From Tubiluchus corallicola (Eukaryota > Animalia > Priapulida): a stretch of DNA of 64,000 bases. Both the position numbers and the translations under genes were made by a program. The notes below the pieces were generated by a model. That model saw only the letters and a program-made list of their open reading frames with translations. It made no database searches and was not told the origin of the DNA. Within the stretch, counting starts at the first letter, position 1, and every line of letters begins with the position of its first letter. This document shows positions 53,850-64,000 of this stretch, one piece after another. Location of the stretch: positions 996,558-1,060,557 of the forward strand of contig JAQGDQ010000030.1 in the NCBI GenBank assembly GCA_030141605.1, written 5' to 3'.

Positions 53850-54451
53850 CTGCAAAACAAAAAATAATCCCCATTTACGTCTGCACGCACACACACACAC
53901 GCACAGTCTACATCAGAAAGCTGCAGCATACAAAGTAATGTTTACGGCTTTATTGGTCAGCTGGTCAGTAGTCTCAGCGGTCAGTTTGGTCTCATCCAGT
54001 TCAGGAACAACCTGACTGTGTTTATGTATGAAGTTAAGACCTCCAACGGCTGAACTCAGTAGCTTGTTTACAGGAGAAGAAATGATGGTTTGGGACAATA
54101 AACGACCACACAGGAGAAAGCTGGACCAGAAAGGTCTCTTTTCCCGAACATCGTGAGCACAGTAAGCATCACTGAAACCAGTGGCATATTCATCCGAAAA
54201 AAACCATTGACTGCGAAAGATTTGTTTCGCCGAAGGTTCATTACTAGTTTTTTTTTATTTTTTTCTAAAATTTTAGTCTAATATAATAATTAGTTGTCTA
54301 ACATTAATAGTTATAGACAGTTTTTTCATACTTTTACTTTAAGTAGTTTTACTTTAAATACATTTCTCAATTTACAAAAATTTGCAGCTTGCCAAAATAT
54401 TTCTTTAAATTTTCACCAGTGTTACACTTTTTTTCACAACACATTAACATA

Positions 54452-54875
54452 CAGTCAACCTCGGATATAACGGACTGCTCGTGACTGGAAAAAACCGTCC
54501 CTTACATCCGATGTCCCTTATAGCCGAAGTTGAGTCAACCGAGGGCGTATCTGGACCTGTACTTTTTTGTACTTTTACCCATATTTTTATGGATTATTGC
54601 TACACATTCGGTGCAAACGGTATGGAGGAAGTTCCTTCAGTGATGCGAGATGTATGTGACCGCGGAAACCGAGCTGTTCGTGGGCCGAGTTTGAGAAAAA
54701 TTGAGGTTAAAAATCGACCAATTTCGCTTTGATCATAATGTCCGTTATAACCGAAAGTCCCTTATATGCGAGTACCTTATATACGAAGATTTTTACATAA
54801 GAAAAACGTTACGAAAAATCGGGACCAATGTTGGCTGTCCCTTATAAGCGAGTACGTTATATCCGAGGCTGACTG
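54452..54875. mobile_element. Non-autonomous Tc1/mariner-superfamily (pogo/Tigger-like) MITE
   Basis: TIRs CAGTCAACCTCGGATATAACG and CGTTATATCCGAGGCTGACTG (1 mismatch in 21 nt), TA target-site duplication on both sides, subterminal gtccctta...cga repeats. Confidence 0.93.
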
Positions 54876-55362
54876 TAATTATAAATGCCGCTTCGAAAAA
54901 GTTCATTAAGGCCTATTAATAGCGTCTTTCAGCCTTTAACGGACGAAAACTATCCACGATATTGTCAAGCTTTCCGTTGCATCATTGTAAATTGTATGAA
55001 TTAGTAGTTAGTTTACACAAACAAATATTTATTTTTCTTCAGGTAATTTGAATTTTACACATTCGACAGGACAGATTTCTTTCGATCTGTTTAAGCTAGA
55101 CACTCGTTCAGCGTTTCCAATGATAAAGTACTTAGAAAAGAAGTTACCGAACCGAAAGAGTCCTGTGTGACAGCTGTTAAAGAAACTAAATTCTGAAAAC
55201 TGTATAGCAGAATAAATACAAATAGGACAAAAACGCGCAAAAGCAAAAACAGACCCGCTGTGTGCAACTGACATACTAAACAGTTCTTTACAGATTTGTG
55301 CCGCGCAGTAAAAATCATCAATCATAATTATCTCCTCGGCTTTTCTTTTGGTAAAAAGGAAG

Positions 55363-55513
55363 AAGTTTACAATTCCCCACACAATTCAAATACCCTAACC
55401 TTAACTCTAACCTTAGCCCTAACCCTAACCCCAACTCTAATTCTAAACCTAACCTTGATTCTATCTGCTTCGCGAACTAATTTTTTTGTGAATGTGAATT
55501 GTGAGCTTTAGCC
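55363..55513. mobile_element. Small inverted-repeat element with internal telomeric-like (CCCTAA)n, copy 2
   Basis: Same layout as 50358-50534: aagtttacaattcccc...aaatac-(cctaac)n-atc.gcttcg.gaactaattt...gaattgt...ctttagcc. Confidence 0.8.
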
Positions 55514-55853
55514 GCTAAAACACATTTTATTTTCTACCAATCCATATAAGCTTAATGAAATATACAATAAATAAACATTATTTTTGTCTTTTGAAAGGTA
55601 TCAACTGCATCACTATATTATTGTTTTAAAAAGGAGGAATTGAATATAACCAAGTACAGCGCGTAAATTACAAAAATTATGCGACGGATTTATGATCTTA
55701 AACATACGCTGTATATTAAAGACATCAAGCTGCCTGGCATCAAACCCAATGTAAATCCGCCATGTTTGTTTGGGTCTAAAAGTTAAGGCGCGGCTAAAAA
55801 AATAAAGAATTGAACAAACCTTACCGGGTCTCATGAAATTCCGAAATGGTTAC

Positions 55854-55912
55854 CTCAGGGTTAATGTAACTCAACTGTGGGCAATTCACAATGTTCAGCA
55901 AATATAAATAGA
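55854..55912 (-). CDS. eya: Probable Eyes absent N-terminal exon (59 nt)
   Basis: TCTTACAG acceptor, GAG|GTAAC donor; phase 1 to 0 joins VKRSR in frame. (V)YLYLLNIVNCPQLSYINPE resembles the vertebrate EYA2 N-terminus MVELVISPSLTVNSD as recalled. Confidence 0.65.
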
Positions 55913-56888
55913 CTGTAAGATTTCGAAAAATGCAAACAATTTTAATCTTGGTACACACATATTTCGCATTGAGAAGTCGGTCTGTAAATGGCGAAATCTT
56001 GTAAATGCTAATCGCGGTCTTAACTTTCCTATCAGTCATTAACAGCAATGTTGTTTGCAATGGGATAAATCAAGGGTTGTCTACTCTCTAGTCAAGTTCG
56101 TAGGCCTCAATGGTTTCACCAAGTGTATTGGCAAAAAGTATTGCCAATCTAGTTGGGGTCAACGGTGCGGTCCCTTGCTCATCAACAGTCTGTTGCTACA
56201 TTAAGCCTCTTTTATCGCTACTTTAAAAGATGCTCTCACAACTTCTCACTGGTTCTAACATGTCAAATTGTTCATTCGTACACACATAATCACGCTTTCA
56301 CGCTTTACAAATACGACCAGGCAATCTTATAGAGCTTATTAATGAAGCGCTTTCTTAGTTTTAATGCGCGTAAATTGAAAAAATTCTTATCTTGTACAGC
56401 TACGCTGGGTCATGCGGGCTTCGTACATTGCAACTGAAAAGATTCCTGGTGACCAAAATTTGATCTTTCGCCATTTCTAAAATGCCAACGCTAAGAATTT
56501 AATTTTAGTGCAACTCATTCACTTGTAATAAAATTTGCAAACGGGCTAGTAAATTCGTGATAAAACCGCGTACACGTGCGCCCTAATAGCGCCGCAATAA
56601 AGCCACTACACAGCCTTTACGACTTGCTGGTAAGGCGGCCATTTTGGACAGTGAAATGACAGTCTTTGATTCACAGTTTTAATGACAGCAGCTGAATTTT
56701 AAACGGCGTTCTTTATTACAATGCATAATTTGCCCTTGAGTATAATGAAGGTTGACAGCAAAATCGTAAAATTCTCAAACATTTTTGTAGTCACCAAACA
56801 TTGCAAGGCACCGCAACTCTTCATTGGAACTCTTAGTTAACTTCAAAGCTGGGGCTGTTTTTGGAAATTTTTCTGCATTTAAGCTTAC

Positions 56889-56898
56889 CCTCAAGCAT
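56889..56898 (-). CDS. eya: Candidate Eya initiator exon (ATG CTT GAG G)
   Basis: GCTATG context with G at -3; strong AGG|GTAAGC donor; phase 1 fits the 55912 acceptor. Confidence 0.45.
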
Positions 56899-58503
56899 AG
56901 CGGAGAACAGACTGGGGAAAATGAAGCCACAAAAGTACAGACGACCTGAGCAAAAGTGGCATCTGAAACGCCTTATACGCCTAATTAACCATTACGGAAT
57001 CATAAATTCAGGTAAATTAGTCATTCAATATCCTTCAAATTTTTACCAATTAATCAATCAATGCTATAAGTAGCTTTTCCAGAGGAAACTCCGCAATCCA
57101 CATGGCCAATCAAGGAATACGCGCGTGCTGAAAAAAAGCTTTGGGGAAGACCTCTGAGGCAGACGCCAAGAGTATCTCCTTACTGCAACCCACAGTTTAA
57201 GAGTTTCTCTATTTCCTCGGCAGTGTATCAGTGTTACAGACGCGAACAAATTAACCCAAACCAAACGGCTTCTGGAGTTCTGCCCATAAAACTAGACACC
57301 AGATTTATGTTGTCTAGGAAATCATCAACAGGTAGCAAATGATTGACGTTAAGCTTGTTAGAGATTTTATTAAATACCATATACTTAGGGAGGAGCTATA
57401 CGGATGTATTATCAAGTGACTAAACATTTGCTTTACGATCAAAATAGTCAGGTCTACTTCATTTAAATTTAAAACTGCGAGCAGTGTCGCATAAGTTGGA
57501 TAACAGAGTTGCTAGAGTGGCCAGTTCGAATGAGGCTAATGATATCTTAGGATTAACTAGATATTAAAGTGATGGATGACGTCATTCGTCTATTTGGCAA
57601 CATTAGGGGAGAAAAAAGCCGCGAGACGCCACTGACTGGCAACGCCCGACATTAAAGAGTACTAGACCTGGCTAGCAAACAGATGGGTGGCCACTGAGAA
57701 AGCCACGTCTGGACGGTTAAATCTACCATGCTGTATTTACTTTGCAGGAAGGATATATACGCATCCGAATATGTCTAAAATTTATGCATATCTCCAATGA
57801 TTACCCAAGAAAATGATATATTCCGGTCCTACCATGACTACTAACGCAATAAGTGAGCCCAGTGTGTTGGACTGTGGCATGCAGTGCCGCCCTGTAAAAA
57901 ACTTAAGGTTACAAAAACCAATAACGCTCAATCCTGATTGGAAATTGGACACTACATATTTTGCAAAACCTTTTCGCCATAATAAATTGCATGGCGCCGA
58001 GGCCTACTCTGATAGGGCCAATATACCCTTTCTTTGTGTAACGGTATGAAATTGGTTTCAAAATGCTAGACCAGTAAGACAGGCGAACTGGATATTCTGA
58101 TAGGCATGACAATTATTACTGAACAAGCCCCCAAAATTGACCCTAGCTTTCTTTGACAAGAGCTCTGGCTTTATTCCGTATTCACAAATAGACGCATTAT
58201 GCATGTTATTTAATGTATATGTACAAATAGCACTAATATTTTCTGATTTATCAATGAAACTTCAACGAAAAGTGTAGTGAAAAAAAACAGCAATTATGCT
58301 ACACTTGTGATACATTTGTGTGTTATACTGCAAATCTCACACGTTTCTTTGTTTCTTTGGAAGGGTGAGGTAATAAAGTATCCCTGAAACTGCAGACGAA
58401 AGATCGTATAAACAACTCATGCGAAATGAATAAACAATTTACTGAATTATACGGCGTCGCTGGGTTAGGATATTGATGTTATAGCCAGTATTGTTTGAGA
58501 TGC

Positions 58504-58506
<3 letters not shown>

Positions 58507-58570
<64 letters not shown>

Positions 58571-58574
58571 ATAT
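58507..58574. repeat. (TA)n(TG)n microsatellite
   Basis: Direct reading. Confidence 0.98.
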
Positions 58575-59379
58575 ACGTCTACAAAAAACATTTGAATTAC
58601 CTTAGATTCGTTAGTTAAGCGAATTGTAACAAAGTATAATAAGCCTCTTCGAATATGTTCAGTTCCTCTCCTGTCTTTACAAGCTCGTTAAATGGTTTAG
58701 TTAATCTAAAACCATTAGTTGGGTGATATGCTGCTTATCTGCAACACCAATAACGCAATTTATTCTTCCATGTAGAATTAGTTCATGTTGGCTAAAATGC
58801 AAGCAGGTTAAATACTCCTCCGTTTTAGGGATCTGTATTCTGTAATATGTACTTGTCCGGTGATGCAATTTCTATTATAATCACTTCAAGTCACAGCCTC
58901 ATAGAAATGGATGAGTTCAGTTGTAAAACTGTCTTCTACTTACTACCAGCATTTAAATTATTTTCGCCTGGAACGACATTTTAATGCTTGCAAATTCAGT
59001 AGTTCATTATTTACTTTTAAACCAAAGTCTCTTGAATACAAGAACAGTATTTAAAAAATCCACATAATCTCAGTAAACAATACAGTAGGCTCCTTGTCCA
59101 AGGACTTTTAAGACTACATCGGGCATCACAGTGGCAAGCCACACCTCTCAAACTTTCTAACAACGAAAAATATTTGCCACTGATGTTAGTGAGCATAGCG
59201 GGGCACTTGTCGTTTCTATGACAACGGGAGCTGATGAATGGCAACAGCTCTAACACATGTTCTCAGCATCAGCACGGAGTTTATTTATACGCCCCAGATT
59301 GGGCGAGAGCAAATGGTGGGAAAAGTGTCTCTACAACAAGTGGTAGAAAGCTTTAATCAATCAATAAAATCAATCAAGA

Positions 59380-60230
59380 CATGCTAAAACGATCTGTTTC
59401 TTGATTAAACATGTTGATCTGGACATAAAATGACACACCAAGTACCTCTGGCACCTTTTTGACTAGGTAGTATACTTATAATTTTATCAAAAATCAAATG
59501 AGATTCATGTTTGCCACGAGTTTATAGTTTTCTATAAGATGTAGGAAACTGGTTACGAGTGATTAAAAGTATATTTCTATCAAATGAAAATTCTTTACTG
59601 CTACTTCATCAAAAGATTCTAGCTAAACGATTTCCTAAATCAAAATCTAACTTCGTTAATTAGATCAGTCGTTCATAAGTTAATCATTGTTGTTGCTCGG
59701 TCAATTTCTTATTGAAATGAAGTTTTCAAGAGTAGGGTTTCTCCAAGGATCTAGTCTAAGGTCATCAGTACTTTATAAATTTATGAGCGATTCGTTCAGT
59801 AATTTGTAATCTGTTTCAAAGCATTGTATTGACACCTGACACTTCATTTCGCAACTCTCCACGCCATTTTACCAATGTCCTAACTTTTAATCGAATCCTG
59901 TATTCTTGTTCCTCAGTCCCGACCAATGGGTTGACCATTAACTTGTTAATGTGCCACTAGACTGAAAACTGTCACATCCTATAAATTCAATTGGCTAAAA
60001 CCTTGAAGCCATCGAGGCAAAAAAAACACCGGAAAACATTCCAGCGCAGAAAGAGCTCCTTGAGATTTCTTCCAAACTAAAACATGTCACATTTTCTAAC
60101 ACAACACGACCTCCGCAGGCCAAAGGCTAGTTACAGAAAGCAGAACACGACGCTACGGATTCCGGGAGTAAATCTGGTCAATATTACACAACTGCACCAT
60201 GAGCTCAATGAAATCATTGCCCAATGAATT
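59380..60230 (+). mobile_element. Decayed CR1/L2-group LINE reverse transcriptase fragment
   Basis: SRVGFLQGSSLRSSVLYKFMSD (about 59726-59792) resembles GVPQGSVLGPLLF.IY.ND; downstream LRIPGVNL resembles the C-terminal GV.LWN motif. Confidence 0.6.
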
Positions 60231-60720
60231 GTCGTTGTTACTTAACTAAGGTTTACAGTGTGTCTTTGTTCAAGAGAACAAGTTGTTCTTCATATTATTT
60301 TGTTTAAACAAGAAATAAGATAAAAAATTAAGTCACTTTTATATGACAATGATATTACGTGTATATTGTTTTTCTACATCATTTTGTTTGGCTCACCTCA
60401 CTGGTAAAATTTTGTCAGAAAAACAGCCTCTCTTCCTCAGAAGTTGACTGCACCTGCTTAGCTGTCTCACGAGACTTTTGACAGGACACAGAAATATTTC
60501 CCAGAAACTGCCCTCACATCCTGCTTTACTTAACAGAAGCAGAACTGAGACCCTCTTATTGCTTAATACACAATATTGTACATTAACGGAGACACGGATG
60601 CGTGGTTCTAGGAGAACAGGAGATACGATACAATAAAAAAGATGGAGTTTAAATACTTTGCCGGTTCAACTGGAGTAAAAATGGCTGAGCTTCGCTTAAT
60701 GGCCTGACAAGACCCACTGA

Positions 60721-60764
60721 CCCCCCCCCCCCCCCACCACCACCACCACCACCACCACCACCAC
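60721..60764. repeat. Poly(C) plus (CCA)n microsatellite
   Basis: Direct reading. Confidence 0.97.
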
Positions 60765-61449
60765 ATGTGTGGCAGCTTTCTATTTGCACTGATGTAAAAG
60801 ACCAGCCCCACAGAAATCCGCCTCATGGGAAATTCTAAGGAGTGAACCGTTGTTTTTAACGAAATCTTACTAGAATTTCACAATACCTTTGTGGCAATTT
60901 TGCTTGTCTTCGATGACTTCCAAAAATGAAGTGACAATTTACACGACATAATCGTCACTTTTCATTTTTGCTACTGAAGCAGAGGTGTATAATTACTATC
61001 ACGATGTCTTCAAGAAATTATGCTGAATACAAGTAGCCTCACAAAGATTATATAAGCTTACACAGTGCACATCTGACTTTATAAATGTACTATTAGTTTT
61101 ACATCAATATGCCCAGTTCAGTTTTAGTAAAAAGAGCCATATATCAAATAATACTATAAAAACAGATGTGAAAAATTCTGTTAAACCTTTCTACTAAGCC
61201 ACAAGATGCCAATAACGAGCGTCGCTAATTACTGGTTGATTAATGTAAGAATAGATACGTTTATTCGTTTTAAAAGTGATCCTAACAAGTGAACGAACTT
61301 TAAAACTGAATTTAATTCTGGAAGCTAAAGCGACAGCCACTACTCCTGTACATACAGTAGCCACAACGACAAACTACTGCAAAAGACAGCAACATCAATT
61401 CACACTACAGGCTACAACCAAGCTAAGTTATTAAGCGATTCGACGAAAC

Positions 61450-61920
61450 TAAACTCCCATCAGTTTGTATGCACACAACTTCACCATTTTTATCCTGGCC
61501 CTCTCACACTCAAGGACCATCTAACAATGAAAGCGGTTACTAGGTCACTCAGTCTCCACCTGGCTTCACCTACCTGAGGCTCGGGAATCCGTTCCTGCAG
61601 GTCCACCATACTGGAACCCCCTCCTCGACACAGCCAGGATCAAATTCACCAACAAACTGTAAGACTATACGCGGAATAGAAGAAGCTCGCTTACTACACA
61701 GTGTACTACTAACCGACTCGCTTGCACAGCCTGTTCTCAAAATGGCTCTTGGCTGGCTGCAGTTGGGCCAGCTCCTTGCGACTTTCTCACAGAGCGAGGA
61801 GCACATCTGGACTATGTTTTATCCCGACCGTGCCAAATGTTTAATAACTCTAGGGGGTGGTGGTCAGCTGGGGGCCTGCAGAACTCTATAAAACCTGTGT
61901 TACGCATGGGAATGCAAAAT
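61450..61920 (+). mobile_element. Decayed L1/Tx1-clade LINE ORF2 fragment
   Basis: ISLYAHNFTIF (eroded LYADD), FTYL, PYWNPLLDTARIK, KTIRG...LLHSVLL and LGGGG appear in the order expected for L1/Tx1 ORF2. Confidence 0.7.
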
Positions 61921-62949
61921 GGCTTGTCATACACGGTTTACAATTGTTTACGTTTAGCTGTAGAGGCAGAGTAATTAAAATTATGCCCTGGTACAGTGTA
62001 TTGACAAATCTTGCGCCAGTCTAGAAACCAAAATAAAAGTGACAAAACATTTAATAACTACGTGCAGAATCAACAAGAAATTTGATAGTACAGACAACTG
62101 TCGCAGAATAGATATAGAAATGACAAATGATATAAATGAATGTATCGACACTTTTACATTTTCAGCAGCCTCCTTCGTAAGAACCTAGAGCTGCCCAAGT
62201 TGTTTTAGCTGTTAATCACTTTAGCATAACTTCTCCACTTTAAATGACAGTAATTACATTGCGTAAATCATTATGATTATGTATATGTAGATGCGGGGGT
62301 GGAGACGCGCCATGCATAAGTTACGCCATGGTTTACTTTGGGTAGAAAAAATTCTTAAATGACTACTTTTAAAAACCAGTGTTTTAGCATGGCATACACA
62401 GGATTCAAGGTGAAATCAATGTAAAGAACAACCACCCAATATTTCCTACTGCATTTCGTAAGTGTTCAAAGAAATATATGTCAGGTGCATAAAGTTGCTT
62501 TTATTAAGTAGGCTGGAGAAGACAAGTCTTCGAGAGAGTTTTTAATATAATCACGTCGTCTCTTTTAACGACACTAGTCTAACGTAATGGCAAAGACATA
62601 TTAAATTTTGTCACTTATCGTCTTTACGTAAATTCGGGTGGCTTTTTATTTGTAAAAAAATTGCGTAGACTCATGGACTCCTATAGATTAACAATAGGAC
62701 TTCATGACTGACTGAAAATCATAAAATACGTTAGAAATAAAGATTTGAAAAAAAAACGAAAAAATAAAGCAAATATCTTTTGTCGGTCTGCGGTCTGAAT
62801 AAATCTTACAGAATTTGTATTTCCATATAATAGTTGAGGCCTAGTGCGTTACTTTTAACTTACTTTGCGTAAACTACTATATAGTATATACCTAATATAG
62901 ATGCTATGGAGAATTACGAACTCGAATAACTCAATATTACATGTAATTC

Positions 62950-64000
62950 ATTCGTCTAACAGCGAGCAAAGATATCTATCATTTTTACTTTCTAAAATGA
63001 CATTAATACTGCAAACATGTCATTTTTGATAGATTTGTTACTGAATAAATTGTTGCATATACACCCACTAACGAAATATCTTCAAGTGTATTGGACTCTG
63101 GGCTGTGGTACAATGGCATTACAGTAGCATGCCTGCACATCTGGCCAAAGGCTACTTCATCAAGTTATGAATGGTTTGCTTGTCACATCTGGAGGACATC
63201 AACACATTGCTGAGTAACAAGCAGAAATGTTCTACATGTAAACTACAGCTTTTGCTCTTTAGTTGTTCAGCACAGAGAAGGCGGAGAAGGCAATATTGCC
63301 GATACTATACGGTATTTTTGAGCTCTGAGGTTGGGGATGGGCAGTTTAGGCATACCTGGCCGGTATGTTTGTACCGAAAGACAGATAAGTGCTCGACCTA
63401 GGTAATTAACTTTCCTAATTTTATGATGATATAATCTCATACGGTATGATATGAAAATTCTGCATGACGCACTGAGTGAGAGAAAATATTTATTAAAGTT
63501 ACAAATCCCGCAATGTAAAGAAAAGCCTTTCGATCTGTTTAAAGCTGAATAGACTCGCCAGGTTACTATTAAACCAAAACTGAAAACGATTAAACTTTTT
63601 AAACAAGGTTTTTATACGAAACACTATTTACATATACCGTTATGTAAATCATAAAGATCACTTTTATCTCAGTTTAGATGTGGCGTTTTGCCTTTAAAAA
63701 TCGAGACTGGCCGATTCGACGGGCTTGCTTTGCAGGAACGAATATGCGAAATGTGTAATTTAGACAATGTGTAAAATAGAAAACGAGATACATTTCCTTC
63801 TTAATTGCCCGTTTTACAATGCACAGAGAAGGGATTTATTTCAAAAATGTTATCACATTAACAAATTTCATGAAACTGGTGAATACTGAAAAACTTGCTT
63901 TCATTATGAATGTTGATGTTTTAACTGAAATCCTTGCTGCTCGTTTCATACAAAACTCTTACGTGAAAAGGCAAAAAGCAATCTATAAGCAGTGCCATTT
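62950..64000 (+). mobile_element. Decayed non-LTR retrotransposon ORF2 C-terminus with CCHC zinc finger (L2/Crack/Daphne-like)
   Basis: RSLLSQFRCGVLPLKIETGRFDGLALQERICEMCNLDNV*...ENEIHFLLNCPFYNAQR (about 63655-63830), broken by a stop and frameshift. Confidence 0.88.

Noticed and set aside
55825-55834. ATG AGA CCC G|GTAAG as the Eya first exon
   Set aside because: Phase 1 is incompatible with the phase-0 VKRSR exon; it may only be an alternative donor of the 55854-55912 exon.
61570-61806. Minus-strand ORF ending at CAG|GTAGG as an Eya 5' exon
   Set aside because: It is the antisense of an L1/Tx1 relic on the plus strand.
945-63401. Most short ORFs in the supplied track
   Set aside because: 60-125 aa, often with non-ATG starts and no family motifs; expected by chance or caused by repeats. 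Only those overlapping Eya exons in frame (8024, 24834, 28354, 31892, 36767, 55821) carry real signal.

Overview
AT-rich, intron-rich animal (bilaterian invertebrate-like) genomic DNA. The six-frame ORF track is mostly uninformative because the genes are spliced. Almost the whole window is one minus-strand eyes absent (Eya) gene, which I reconstructed by hand. Seventeen phase-consistent GT-AG coding exons run from 53849 to the TAG at 7050 (1884 nt). Two more probable 5' exons (56889-56898 and 55854-55912) would supply the ATG and give a protein of about 650 aa. The HAD tyrosine-phosphatase motifs (WDLDET, VTTT, KIGK, GDGRDEE) are intact. The last two exons of a plus-strand protein O-mannosyltransferase 2 (Pomt2) gene converge on Eya at the left end. 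Introns and intergenic DNA hold many decayed non-LTR retrotransposon fragments, a clean TA-flanked pogo/Tigger-type MITE, two copies of a small inverted-repeat element with telomeric (CCCTAA)n inside, tandem duplications and microsatellites. The best leads are: an RFX X-box cluster in the presumed Eya 3' UTR, candidate alternative first and cassette exons, a shifted intron just before the catalytic domain, the telomere-repeat element, a decayed hammerhead-like Penelope end, and a possible kinase relic. I found no convincing evidence of a wholly new multi-gene system.
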